Shown here: positions 20,701 through 30,014 of the stretch, in pieces
Layout: each line of letters starts with the position of its first letter
Position numbering within the stretch: the stretch's first letter is position 1
NCBI GenBank assembly: GCA_963843555.1
Contig: CAWJKV010000003.1
Coordinates: 96,001-160,000, forward strand
DNA from: an uncultured Methanosarcinales archaeon
GTDB taxonomy: Archaea; Halobacteriota; Methanosarcinia; Methanotrichales; Methanotrichaceae
DNA: 64,000 bases
Direction of reading: 5' to 3'
Notes under the pieces: model-generated
Databases searched by the model: none
What the model saw: the letters and a program-made list of their open reading frames with translations, nothing else
What the model was told of the DNA's origin: nothing
Position numbers and translations under genes: made by a program

Positions 20701-21852
20701 ATTGGCGAGAAGTTCTCTCAGGCAGATTATCTCAAGAAGAACACTACAGCTAAAGGCCTTGACGAGATGGATACCGAGGCAGAGTTCTCAGGACGTGCTC
20801 AGTTCAAATCGCAATATGTCAAGTCAAAGGATCAGACCAGAGATGAGCTCAGCCTCTATGATGAATATGTTGGAAAATACAAAATAAACCGCAAGTTAAC
20901 GCTCAATGGGGCTGCAACATTCAATGAACCGCACCTTAGCATAAGTAAAGTTGGCAGCATGGATCCTGCGGGAGGCAGCTTCATCAACTACGTCCTGACT
21001 GTGGTAAATGATGGCAACCGCGCTCTAGGGCCGGTCTATGTCCTGGATCTCTTCCCACCTGGCACAGAGTATGTCTATTCCTCTTTGAGACCCTCAGAGC
21101 TCGCCTCCAACTCCGCCCAATGGACGTTGGTCAACCTGGGCATCGGATCAAGTTCTACCATCGAGCTGAAGCTCAATGCCACGGAGGATCAGGATAATCT
21201 AGTAAATCGAGTGCAAGCCCGCGGTGGCTATAACGATGAGTGGGTAAGCGCTCAGAATTATTCCGCCCTGCAGCTCAATTGGCTCTCCTGTTGTCCCCGG
21301 CAGTTGCGAGCTATCAAGACTGGCTACGTAGATGCCAATGACAGCACGCTGGTGCATTATAGAATTGCACTCAAGAACCGGGAGAGTTACATCATGGCGG
21401 CCACCATCAACGATGACTTGCCAGGTGGAATGAAGTTCATCAACTCCACAATGCAGCCGTCGGACTGCAGCTCCGGCCATGTGAGATGGAATGCCATAGA
21501 CCTGAAACCTAATGAGGTCAAAGTCATCGATTACTTGGCCAGAGCTCTTCAAAACGGTGTGTTCGTGAACCAGGCCCAGATAGAGACCACATCGTTCAAT
21601 GGATCTGATAGTGCATTTGCGGATGTCTCCTGTCAGGTGCAGATCAGGAGCAGCTCCAACTCTGGATCGGATTCGAACTGGAAGCCTCCTGCATGCTTTG
21701 GCCTCAACTGCACCCAGCAGGAATTTGAGAAGGACTGGAACGCTTGCGTAAGCTGCGCCGCTCAGGAACCAGAGACAGTACCCCAGGCGGGTCAGACCTG
21801 TCCAGCCTGCTCAGGAGGGAGCGGAGACGACGAAGGATATGATATTCCTTGA
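17752..21852 (+). CDS. Large secreted surface protein with multiple DUF11/fimbrial isopeptide-like Ig domains and a Cys-rich C-terminus
   Basis: Repeated D.LP.G..Y..GS, PG..L.Y.I.Y.N.G and W.LG motifs; probable real start is ATG 17859 after SD ggagga, offset by one extra G. Confidence 0.85.
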   Translation: MMILLSKTLAGIYRSRYYYKSAPKWISAKGQGGLSKWGKHVSSWIQAFMVLSVLFALAEASGHDTDLYTIQIDLPAEIIHDVMIIDTLPSGLVYSAGSLKVTGAATNMSETIAYPNDGSQPVTITWSFGDLDNSADEDILIQFQVLVADTDQNRDGMILAPSVALLQWRDQEGFAQSSSTKSTAVRIIEPDLQIKQRFMPPSAKIGETVTCTISLCHIPSSHSDAFDAEVVENLPQGLIYTPGSMEIVAGPKGRCDDSNSQELRWHFDKIDMSWAKTTEIQLRYKATVDKGAKQGSTLNGTADLSWASSVGIYPEKRTYFETASGSITIASTPPAFVITVADYPNPIRPGDELTYAINYKNIGGYAQGAAIQATYDPKVAFVSAVPAPDQGSDSQWTLGDLMNGASGTIEVKLGTGSSLADGTLLTSSARIADQDGVSAQDTAITRVMTTAPNLQIEKAASDRFIRPGGALNYTITYGNSGNTEAENVTITDLVDGNLDFDPADATPRASKIWRDAEGTHLWWNASILKSERLSPGGSGKIDIRVGLPPVPEHPRFDWVYNNYKIDSDLSEGKFKMLETAVIHSLYVRKMAEAQAYFANEMVNYTIIYGNDLALDADRAVVMDVLPDPEFMEFIEANPQPTAIKNNVLVWALGTIPPKSSGTIKVYLRIKENHSDIRFRSTQSVSGQGYVHFDQRLDTAQKPNSLTNFANITASYMGMPESDESSATIMLADALGTAVSIVGHGSGTYSRDEESQLYSKDKTIQMKTSLKERYRASTFSLPRGRSINYDSKWSEVQSAENRVTGASMIERYTYASRIDRNSTLSLDKNGSILASDTSFEGAGHVGLTKRSNANLPYSFQGAFTYESQEDYLGSFKVSTKFDEYGKNAKSSRSASGVGYAASDKRIGTSQRSYESGTGNYQVEDRIETQTNYLAKYINASYGSLKYNYTQDFRVPLSQKWSEGMWSRSGTLPVKDSNSSEPASFIGEKFSQADYLKKNTTAKGLDEMDTEAEFSGRAQFKSQYVKSKDQTRDELSLYDEYVGKYKINRKLTLNGAATFNEPHLSISKVGSMDPAGGSFINYVLTVVNDGNRALGPVYVLDLFPPGTEYVYSSLRPSELASNSAQWTLVNLGIGSSSTIELKLNATEDQDNLVNRVQARGGYNDEWVSAQNYSALQLNWLSCCPRQLRAIKTGYVDANDSTLVHYRIALKNRESYIMAATINDDLPGGMKFINSTMQPSDCSSGHVRWNAIDLKPNEVKVIDYLARALQNGVFVNQAQIETTSFNGSDSAFADVSCQVQIRSSSNSGSDSNWKPPACFGLNCTQQEFEKDWNACVSCAAQEPETVPQAGQTCPACSGGSGDDEGYDIP

Positions 21853-21872
21853 ATTGAATAGAACGGAAGTCA

Positions 21873-21903
21873 CTGGCGGCAACGGCCCCGGGAGATGGAG
21901 AGG
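21873..21903 (+). repeat. Internally deleted remnant R5 of the truA 3'-end repeat
   Basis: ctggcggcaacgg plus ccgggagatggaga match two separate blocks of R4. Confidence 0.6.
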
Positions 21904-22070
21904 AGGACGCTTGTATTAGATAGACTGCAGAACCCGGGGATTTTTTGACTGGCTGCGACTCTGGAGGCTCTTCTTGCTTACTCCCTATATTCAATAAAGA
22001 CTTATATCTACGAGAATCCAAAAGTACAAGGGTCTATTGCCTGTAAGCTCTCTAATAACGGGACGATCTC

Positions 22071-22805
22071 ATGAAAAACGAATCCATCCGACTCATATGC
22101 CTCCTCTGTTTATTCCTGGTGATACTGGCCTCTCTGGGATGCATCCAGCCTGTAGAGCAGCCCGGGCCTATGCAGAATGAATCTCGTTACGTACCTTTGG
22201 GGGATGCCAAATCAGCGAATGCCAGAGTGGCTATGGGAGTGGGAATGCTCACCCTGGAAGGCGGGGCCAAGAACTTGATGGATGCAAACTTCATCTACAA
22301 CATAGCTTCCTGGAAGCCTGATGTCAGCTATTTTGTCTCCAATGGGGTGGGAGATCTGCAGGTTCATCAGCCATCTGGCACAGGAGCATATCTAAATGGT
22401 GTTGTTCGCAATGATTGGAATCTCCGGCTCAACGATGAAGTTCCCACAAACCTCATCCTGGAACTAGGGGCAGGAGACGGCGCCCTGCGTTTTGGAGGAC
22501 TCTCTTTGACAGGACTCGACGTGAAGTCGGGAGCTGGCACGCTAGCAATGGACTTCGACGGAATCTGGAAGAATGATCTCAACATAAGTATAGAGTCTGG
22601 AGTTGGCGAACTGACCATCGTGCTGCCCCAGAATACCGGAGCCATAGTTGAAGTCAGCCAGGGAATAGGCACTACTGAGGTGGGCAGCGGCCTGAAGGCC
22701 AATGGCGACTATTATAGCAATGACGCCTATGGAAAAACCGGCACGACACTGAGGATCAAAGTTACGTCTGGAGTGGGCAACACCAAACTCAGCCTTGCGT
22801 CTTGA
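22071..22805 (+). CDS. Lipoprotein, toast-rack/DUF2154-like adhesin family
   Basis: Lipobox LASLGC; repeated GxG beta units (GVGMLTL, GAGDGAL, GAGTLAM, GVGELTI, GIGT, GVGN). Confidence 0.75.
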   Translation: MKNESIRLICLLCLFLVILASLGCIQPVEQPGPMQNESRYVPLGDAKSANARVAMGVGMLTLEGGAKNLMDANFIYNIASWKPDVSYFVSNGVGDLQVHQPSGTGAYLNGVVRNDWNLRLNDEVPTNLILELGAGDGALRFGGLSLTGLDVKSGAGTLAMDFDGIWKNDLNISIESGVGELTIVLPQNTGAIVEVSQGIGTTEVGSGLKANGDYYSNDAYGKTGTTLRIKVTSGVGNTKLSLAS

Positions 22806-22962
22806 AAGGTGTGGCCGCCCCACTCTGCCAGGCAGCTCAAGGCTGGCAGGGCTATGAATAAGTGGACCGGTGTTCAGGATCGACCATCCGTTCTTATTCG
22901 CAGAGATGGAACATGCAAATGCCGCTTTCTGCTATCTTTCCAAATCCGACTCAGGCTTTATG

Positions 22963-23880
22963 TTATCGCTCCCTTGCGTCCTCATCAATCCTGAACGCAG
23001 GCGGCTGCTTTCCGTCGATATCGGTAAAGCCGTACTCCCGCGCCAGATCGCCCACTGCCATCACCTCGCCGGATTTCTGCATCACCTGCGGGTCCCCAGC
23101 CAGATGGGCCACTGCTCGGCCTACATACTCAGGTGACTCAGTGCGGTCCAGCGGGAAAGGCTGCAGGGCATGCGCTGCCATCACGCGCTCTGTACGCACG
23201 AATCCCGGTGCCAGCGAAAGAGCTGCCACGCCATGCGGCCGCAGCTCCTCTGCCATGCCATAGGACATGCGAATGATGGCCGCTTTGGCCACGTCATAAA
23301 AGAGGTTGCCCAGGTACTTGCCCCTGTCCCAGGCCACGGTGTTGATGATCAGACCCCGGCGCTGCTGCAGCATGAGCGGCGCAGCGTAGCGGCTGGCCAC
23401 CAGGTGCGCCCGCAGGCCCGCCTCGAACATGCCTTGCCAGTGCCGGAGCGGCTGATCCCAAAAAGGCGCCGTGAAGCCCTCAAACTCGTATTGCTCATAT
23501 CCGCCCCAGACGTTGTTGACCAGCAGATCAAGCCGGCACTGTTCCTCTTGCACGCGCTGAAAAAGAGCCTGGACATCATTGTCCACTGTATGGTCGCAGC
23601 GAACAGCGATGCCTACCCCGCCCCGCATTGTCACTGCCTCTGCCGTCTCGTCGATGCTGCCCGGCAGGTTTTCGGTCCTGCTGCTCCTCTGGCTCCGACC
23701 AGTTACGTAAACCGTGCTCCCTGCTTCCCCCAAAACGATGGCGATGCCCCGTCCTATGCCGCGGCTGGCGCCGGTGACAACGGCAACCTTGCCTTCCAAA
23801 TTGGGTGCTCTAAAACGTCTGATGTCATCACCAGTGATGCTGTTTTCAGAATAATTATAATTAACGCACAAATGACTCAA
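22963..23880 (-). CDS. SDR family oxidoreductase (DHRS1-like); real start probably downstream of 23880
   Basis: GKVAVVTGASRGIGRGIA, LDLLVNN, YDVAK catalytic YxxxK, PGFVRTE. Confidence 0.9.
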   Translation of the reverse strand: MSHLCVNYNYSENSITGDDIRRFRAPNLEGKVAVVTGASRGIGRGIAIVLGEAGSTVYVTGRSQRSSRTENLPGSIDETAEAVTMRGGVGIAVRCDHTVDNDVQALFQRVQEEQCRLDLLVNNVWGGYEQYEFEGFTAPFWDQPLRHWQGMFEAGLRAHLVASRYAAPLMLQQRRGLIINTVAWDRGKYLGNLFYDVAKAAIIRMSYGMAEELRPHGVAALSLAPGFVRTERVMAAHALQPFPLDRTESPEYVGRAVAHLAGDPQVMQKSGEVMAVGDLAREYGFTDIDGKQPPAFRIDEDARER

Positions 23881-24856
23881 TGAGATCCAGTGATGTCGTC
23901 TCCATGCCGCACTGCTGCAGGTGATGTGCCAGCAGGCTCGACCTCTCTCCCTCCGGATGGTAGACCAGAATCTCCTGGGGCGATATATGCTCGATCATCT
24001 TCATCAGGCCGCGAAAGTCCAGGTGGTCGCTGAGCTGAATGGTTGGGTATGACGTGTCCCTCCGCCCGGTCAGGAAATACTTGTTTCTTCCCGGCACCTG
24101 TGATAGGTTCCAGGGCGTGACCACATTGTATCCGTCTCCATTGACCTCCGTCAGCGGCCCGGCCAATTCCTTCATCAGTTCACGGGTCAGGATCAGGCTC
24201 TTCTCGTCCATGCCTATCTCACCTTTGTAGCCCATAGCCCTCATCAGAGCCACAGCCCTCTGGGCTTTGCCAAAGGCATAGGCACCGAAGCTTGCCCCTG
24301 ACTCCAGTGCCTCGTAGAAGCCCGCCAGGTCATCCTCGAAGATGCAGGATGGATCATAAGGGTCTCCGTAGTTGGCTTCCGAAACCAGGTAATCGCAGCG
24401 GGGAAGTTGATGATAGTCTTTTACATCCCCGGTTACAAGCACACGCTGTCCAGTCTCCGTCTGCCAGGAGAAAGCAGACGATCCGATGGTGTGGCCCGTG
24501 GGGTGGGTGTCGACTTTGACATCGCCTACCATAAAGCTCTCTCCCACGGAAAAGGTGCGGCCTTTGTACTCCCGATCGTAGCGAATCTCCAGAGCGCGAG
24601 CGGTCTCAATGGAGGCCACAGCTTTGGCCGAATTCATGGCCGACTTGCCGTAATGATCGCTATGGGCATGGGTGATGAGGTAGGCATCGGGTTGAATGCT
24701 GGCCTTGGGAGCGCGGCTGGTGTCGATGGAAAAGAGATACGAATCGAAGCGGATGCAGAGATGAGGAGCGCAGCCTCCACGGCCATTGATCCTTCTCACC
24801 GCCTCCAGATCACAATCCATCCCCATCCTGATCCGACCCCCCCTGATGATCCTCAC
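23861..24856 (-). CDS. MBL-fold metallo-hydrolase (beta-CASP/RNA-processing-like)
   Basis: ITHAHSDH, GHTIGS, VTGD, LSDHLDF, VYH. Confidence 0.82.
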   Translation of the reverse strand: MRIIRGGRIRMGMDCDLEAVRRINGRGGCAPHLCIRFDSYLFSIDTSRAPKASIQPDAYLITHAHSDHYGKSAMNSAKAVASIETARALEIRYDREYKGRTFSVGESFMVGDVKVDTHPTGHTIGSSAFSWQTETGQRVLVTGDVKDYHQLPRCDYLVSEANYGDPYDPSCIFEDDLAGFYEALESGASFGAYAFGKAQRAVALMRAMGYKGEIGMDEKSLILTRELMKELAGPLTEVNGDGYNVVTPWNLSQVPGRNKYFLTGRRDTSYPTIQLSDHLDFRGLMKMIEHISPQEILVYHPEGERSSLLAHHLQQCGMETTSLDLIESFVR

Positions 24857-25125
24857 TTTAGAGCTTCATTGATGGCAAGAGTCAGCTCTTCCTTGCTGGT
24901 GACGCCCGCCCACTTCTTCACTTCCACGCCATCCTTTTCCAGAATGATGGTGGGAACGACGAAAATACCCTTCTCTATGGCCAGATCGCCTTCTTTGTCG
25001 ACGTTGATCTTCTTGAACTCCACCTTATCCTTAAACTCGTTCGCCAGATCCTCAAAGACGGGTCCCTGCATCTTGCAAGGTCCGCACCAGTCCGCATAAA
25101 AGTCCATCAGAATGGGTTTTGCCAT
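24853..25125 (-). CDS. Thioredoxin
   Basis: DFYADWCGPCK. Confidence 0.93.
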   Translation of the reverse strand: MAKPILMDFYADWCGPCKMQGPVFEDLANEFKDKVEFKKINVDKEGDLAIEKGIFVVPTIILEKDGVEVKKWAGVTSKEELTLAINEALK

Positions 25126-25189
25126 AATTCTCTCTCCTCACAAACTATTCGGGCAAGAGCCCGGTTTAAAGAACGCCCTTCCTAGTATA

Positions 25190-25639
25190 TCAAATTATAT
25201 CGAATTTGACACCGATCTTGAATATCCTGCCTGTAGGCAGAACCAGCATCTCTCGTCCCGTTCGTATTTTGATCTCCTGCAGTATTTCCTGGATCCTCTC
25301 TTCACTTGCTGAGACTGTAAACCACAGATTGTAGCCGCTCGCATTCGGTCGCAGATAATCATGCGATACTTCCTTATACTCGTTAACTACCCTGGCCGCG
25401 CCATCGGCTTCTTCCGGGGAGATTCGCAGAGCCGCAAGAATTCCGCTCCTTCCTAATTTGCGCAGATCGAGAATGGGCCCAATCCTTCTCACCAGGCCCT
25501 CCTTCTGCAGCCCTGCCAGTCGCTCAATGACTTCTTTTTCGTCCAGGCAGAGGGCCTTTCCCAGATCCTGGAATGGTCTGGAGGTCAGCGGAAAGCTGTC
25601 TTGAACCAGCGCCAGCAGCTTGAGATCTATCTCGTCCAT
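25190..25639 (-). CDS. ahbA: Siroheme decarboxylase alpha subunit (Lrp/AsnC-like)
   Basis: MDEIDLKLL..QDSFPLTSRPF, GLVRRIGP, VSHDYLR, YNLWFT, FKIGVKF; directly follows ahbD. Confidence 0.8.
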   Translation of the reverse strand: MDEIDLKLLALVQDSFPLTSRPFQDLGKALCLDEKEVIERLAGLQKEGLVRRIGPILDLRKLGRSGILAALRISPEEADGAARVVNEYKEVSHDYLRPNASGYNLWFTVSASEERIQEILQEIKIRTGREMLVLPTGRIFKIGVKFDII

Positions 25640-25641
25640 GG

Positions 25642-26604
25642 TTATGCCTCCAGGAGGCAAGACGGGTCGGGTCCCAGATAATCCCCCGTCTTTGCATAGG
25701 CTCGGGCCCGGCAACCTCCGCAGCTCTTGGAAAAACTGCATCTTCCGCACTTTCCTTTGAGGTTTCGCTCTCGAAGCGCCTGAAGCTCTGCAGAATTCTC
25801 CCATATGTCGATAAAATTATTCTCCCTGATGTTCCCTACTCGGAGTGGAAAATAGCCGCATGGATAGACATCTCCTTTCCGTGAGACGAAGACGAAGCTC
25901 TTGCCCGCCAGACAGCCTCCCTTGCGTCTATCCTTTCCCTGTCGGGCCAGGCGGGCGTACTGGGGTGCGCAGGTGACCTGTACCTCCATCCCTCGCAATC
26001 GCTCCTGGTCGATCTGTATGAGAATTTCCTCCTGTCTCTCGGGAGTGATCAGATCCACCTCCTGGCCACGGCCAGTCGGGACCAGGAAGAAGAAATGAAG
26101 TGCCTTGGCGCCTACCTTTTCGGCGAGGTCGAAGATATTCGAGACCTCTGACTCATTCTTCTTGGTGATGGTGAAATTGATCTGAAAATCAACTTTGCCG
26201 CGCAGATTTTCCACTCCATTCAAGGCCGCCCGGAAGCTTCCGGGACCGCGGCTCAGGTCATGCTTTTCGGCTGAGGCGCCATCCAGGCTGATGCTGACCC
26301 GGGTGACGCCGGAGGCGGCTATCTCATCTGCAACCTCCGGTGTTATCCGGGTGCCATTGCTGGCCAGGGAGACGCGCATGCCCGATGATACAGCATGCCG
26401 GATAATTTGAAAAATATCCGGCCGCAGCAGGGGCTCACCACCGCTGAGGATGAGCATGGGCTGCAGGGGCGCAATGCTGTCGAGGAATGCCAGCGCTTCC
26501 TCTGTGTTCAATTCGTCCGGCTCTGGCGCAGGCGTTGCACAGGCACGGCAGTATCGGCATGATAGATTGCAGGCAGCCGTCGTCTCCCAGGCGACAATGA
26601 GCAT
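25642..26604 (-). CDS. ahbD: Radical SAM/SPASM heme biosynthesis protein (AhbD-like)
   Basis: AWETT..CNLSCRYCRA, SGGEPLLRPD, FFLVPTGRG, TCAPQY.R, SPASM GKCGRC...CGGCRARA. Confidence 0.78.
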   Translation of the reverse strand: MLIVAWETTAACNLSCRYCRACATPAPEPDELNTEEALAFLDSIAPLQPMLILSGGEPLLRPDIFQIIRHAVSSGMRVSLASNGTRITPEVADEIAASGVTRVSISLDGASAEKHDLSRGPGSFRAALNGVENLRGKVDFQINFTITKKNESEVSNIFDLAEKVGAKALHFFFLVPTGRGQEVDLITPERQEEILIQIDQERLRGMEVQVTCAPQYARLARQGKDRRKGGCLAGKSFVFVSRKGDVYPCGYFPLRVGNIRENNFIDIWENSAELQALRERNLKGKCGRCSFSKSCGGCRARAYAKTGDYLGPDPSCLLEA

Positions 26605-27632
26605 TAAAGCAGGCCTTTCTTCACCAGCAGCTCGGCATTGAGAATGCTCGCTCCTGCTGCGCCGCGCACGGTGTTATGGCCCATGCAGATGAACCTTATT
26701 CCGGACCTGATTCTTCCTACAGATACGGACATGCCATTGCCACGGCCGCGGTCCAACCTGGGTTGGGGTCGATCTGGCTCATCCTTGACGATGAGTGCCT
26801 TCTTGGGCGAGGTGGGCAGATCGCCGAGGCCCGGGTCGAAGTTCAGCATGGCCTTCCTGACCTCTTCTGGGGTGGGGTTGTCCCTCATGGTCACCCATAC
26901 GGCCTCAGTGTGGCCGTCCATGACCGGCACCCTGTGGCAGCTCGCGCTCACGGCAAAATCTGCGTTCACTATTCTTTCGCCGTCGAAGTGGCCGAGGATC
27001 TTCTGGGGCTCGGTCTCCACCTTCTCTTCTTCGCCACCTATGTAGGGAATAACATTTCCCAAGATCGCCATGGAAGGCACTCCTTCGTATCCGGCTCCGC
27101 TCACTGCCTGCATAGATGCCACATGTACGCTCTCTATTCCGAACTTCATGAGCGGCTTCAGGGGCAGGGTGAACATTACAGTTGTGCAGTTGGGATTGGT
27201 GGTGAGATATCCTTCCCAGCCCCTCTTCTCTCGCTGCACCTTTATGAGATCCAGGTGCTCGTAGTTGCATTCCGGTATGAGGAGGGGCACGTCTTCAACC
27301 ATACGGTAAGAGCTGGTATTGCTGGCTACGGCAAATCCCGCTGCCGCGAAGGCAGGCTCGACGGTCATGGCATCTGACGCCGGAAGTGCCGAGAAGACGA
27401 TATCAGCGTCGACCTCCCTTGGATCGACATTGACCACAGTCATCTCTCCGATATCCTCCGGAAGCTCGCTCTCCAGGCGCCACTTGGCAGCTACACTGTA
27501 CTTCTTGCCTGCGCTCCTCTCCGATGCAGCCAGGCTGGTGAGCTCAAACCAGGGATGATCCTTCAGTCCTTCAATGAAACGCTGTCCTACGGCACCGGTG
27601 GCACCTAAGACGCCTGCTTTGATCTTGGCCAT
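26604..27632 (-). CDS. asd: Aspartate-semialdehyde dehydrogenase
   Basis: [42 protein letters not shown]. Confidence 0.96.
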   Translation of the reverse strand: MAKIKAGVLGATGAVGQRFIEGLKDHPWFELTSLAASERSAGKKYSVAAKWRLESELPEDIGEMTVVNVDPREVDADIVFSALPASDAMTVEPAFAAAGFAVASNTSSYRMVEDVPLLIPECNYEHLDLIKVQREKRGWEGYLTTNPNCTTVMFTLPLKPLMKFGIESVHVASMQAVSGAGYEGVPSMAILGNVIPYIGGEEEKVETEPQKILGHFDGERIVNADFAVSASCHRVPVMDGHTEAVWVTMRDNPTPEEVRKAMLNFDPGLGDLPTSPKKALIVKDEPDRPQPRLDRGRGNGMSVSVGRIRSGIRFICMGHNTVRGAAGASILNAELLVKKGLL

Positions 27633-27754
27633 TAACAATCTCCTTGCTAGTTTGGGGCATAACGGCCCGGATGTATATATTTCTTGTCCGAACGAATGGA
27701 AGAATGAACTCTTAATATTTGCCTGGAAAAAAGAGATTCTGTTTAGATAATGAA

Positions 27755-28324
27755 TTAGTCTCCCGCACAGGATCTTTTCAGGATAGCGTAGCTCTTAGCA
27801 AACTCCTTATTCACGTGGACCACTTCTTCATTGAAGTGCTCGAGGCTCTCCGGAACAGGTCCCAGCGCATCGGCCTTCTCTTGCGTATCTACTAATGCGC
27901 CGTGAGGCACGAATTTGCCGTCAGCGAGCCGGACGCCTATGACCAGAGCCGCGTGGCCGACAAAGCACTTCTTGCCCAGAGTAGAGGCGTGAACCACGGA
28001 GTTGAAGCCTACAAAGCTCTCGTCTCCGATCTTCATGGGTCCGTGAATTACAGCACCGTGGGCGATGGAGATCTGCTTTCCCAGTTCAATTGCGCTGCCC
28101 ATCAAGCCGTGAAAGACGACGCCGTCCTGTATGTTGCATTCATCGCCGATGATAATGGGATGCGCCTCGTCCGCTCGCAGGGAGACGCCGGGTGCCACGT
28201 AAACCTGCTCGCCGATGCGCACGTCACCTATGAGCGAGGCTCCGTCATCCACGTAAGCCGAAGCAGGAACTATCGGTATGCATTCTGTGCTATTCCATGA
28301 GGTCTTGGGATTGGCCTTAAGCAT
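27755..28324 (-). CDS. Gamma-class carbonic anhydrase (Cam/CamH-like), no signal peptide
   Basis: Hexapeptide repeats, [26 protein letters not shown] (three His ligands), FNEEVVHVN. Confidence 0.88.
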   Translation of the reverse strand: MLKANPKTSWNSTECIPIVPASAYVDDGASLIGDVRIGEQVYVAPGVSLRADEAHPIIIGDECNIQDGVVFHGLMGSAIELGKQISIAHGAVIHGPMKIGDESFVGFNSVVHASTLGKKCFVGHAALVIGVRLADGKFVPHGALVDTQEKADALGPVPESLEHFNEEVVHVNKEFAKSYAILKRSCAGD

Positions 28325-28670
28325 TTTAGCATCACCTTCTCAGGTATTCATCATTCACCTTAAAGAGCTTGCCATTAATGGTGTTTCTAGCGATTGGCAG
28401 AATCCATCGTGAAATGCATCCTGAAAATAGGGGCTCTGATTCTTGCGATATGCTTAATATTATAATCTATAATCGCGATAATTGCCGCCAAATTTAAATA
28501 TATGAGGGACGAAATTAGGCCAAAGCCATTGAATAATCTTCAAGGGTGATGGAGGGATGAGGAGTATTAATAGAGTTATCTTTATAGTTTGGGTTGGACT
28601 TATATATTATTTATATTTACCTTATGTATCGAATAAGAATGGGCAGTATCAATCTTTAAGGTGTTGACTT

Positions 28671-29987
28671 ATGGAAGATAATGTGAAGTTATTTGGCATG
28701 CCTGCTGAATCAGGACGCTGGGTCCTGGTTGTTGTTGGTATGATGATTCAGCTTTGTCTTGGTGCCATCTATGCATACGGTGCACTGAGGGGCAGTATTG
28801 AGGCTTACTTTAAAACGCTTGGTCTGACTCCAACTCCAATGGATATGACCTGGCCTTTTATCGTATTTCTGGCAGTGTTTGCAATAACCATGCCAATAGC
28901 CGGCCCGTACATCCAGAAAATGGGGCCTAAAAAGGTATGTATGGTAGGAGGAGCACTTTGCGGCCTGGGTTGGATCGCAGCCTCTTTTGCACAATCGCCT
29001 GCGGCGCTTATCCCCCTATATGGCATAATTGGGGGCCTTGGTGTCGGCATTGCATACGGTTGCCCTATTGCCGTTTCTGCGCAATGGTTCCCGGATAAGC
29101 GAGGGCTTGCCGTTGGAACAACAGTTCTGGGATTCGGTCTCTCATCAGCTGTTGTAGCATATTCTAGTAAATATATGCTGGGGAACAATACGGGTATAAT
29201 GGATATCCTGAAGATCTTTGGCATCGCATTCCTCATCATCACAGTTGTATTATCCATATTTCTGGTCTTTCCGAAAGCTGGCTGGAAGCCGGCCGGTTGG
29301 GTTCCCCCCGCGCCTAAGCCTGGGGCCGCTGCTAAAATGGATTTCATGCGCAATGAGATGACAAAGACAGGGACCTTCAAAGGCCTCTGGCTATGCTACA
29401 CCATTGGAGCTCTAGCTGGGCTTACGGCTATTGGAATTGCTGGGGCAGTGGGAACGGAGGTATTCACGCCAATCAAGGCTGCGGAACTTGGCCTGCCCGT
29501 AACCGATCCTGCAGTTGCACTTGCAGTGAAAAATTTGATCTTCCTTCTGATAGTCCCATTTGCCCTGGTTAATGGCTTAGCCAGGCCTGTCTTTGGATCG
29601 CTGACGGATAAGCTGGGCACAAAAAATACAGCAATTCTATCGTTCGGGCTCATCTTCGTGGCATGCATGCTGATGTATATGTTTTATACCTCTGGGAACG
29701 CATACATATTAGCATTTGCCATTCTCTGGGCATGCCTGGGTGGCTGGCTGGCCATTGCGCCCACAGCTACGGCAAGCTACTTCGGTCTGAAGGACAATGC
29801 TAAAAACTACGGCCTCGTCTTCACAGCCTACGGCGCAGGTGCCGTTATCGGAGGAATAGTCTCGGCTCAGGCCAAGATGCTCTTGGGCGGCTACCAGCCA
29901 TTCTTCCTGATTGTGGCCGTGCTGGCACTGATTGGCGTAGCTGTTGCCTTTATGCTGATGAAGCCGCCTGTCAAGAAGACAGCATAG
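28671..29987 (+). CDS. MFS transporter, oxalate/formate antiporter (OFA)-like
   Basis: LCLGAIYA, GIAYGCPI....QWFPDKRGLAVG, NGLARPVFG..TDKLG, FGLK..AKNYG. Confidence 0.88.
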   Translation: MEDNVKLFGMPAESGRWVLVVVGMMIQLCLGAIYAYGALRGSIEAYFKTLGLTPTPMDMTWPFIVFLAVFAITMPIAGPYIQKMGPKKVCMVGGALCGLGWIAASFAQSPAALIPLYGIIGGLGVGIAYGCPIAVSAQWFPDKRGLAVGTTVLGFGLSSAVVAYSSKYMLGNNTGIMDILKIFGIAFLIITVVLSIFLVFPKAGWKPAGWVPPAPKPGAAAKMDFMRNEMTKTGTFKGLWLCYTIGALAGLTAIGIAGAVGTEVFTPIKAAELGLPVTDPAVALAVKNLIFLLIVPFALVNGLARPVFGSLTDKLGTKNTAILSFGLIFVACMLMYMFYTSGNAYILAFAILWACLGGWLAIAPTATASYFGLKDNAKNYGLVFTAYGAGAVIGGIVSAQAKMLLGGYQPFFLIVAVLALIGVAVAFMLMKPPVKKTA

Positions 29988-30014
29988 CTTAAAAAATCTT
30001 TTTCTATTTTTTCT

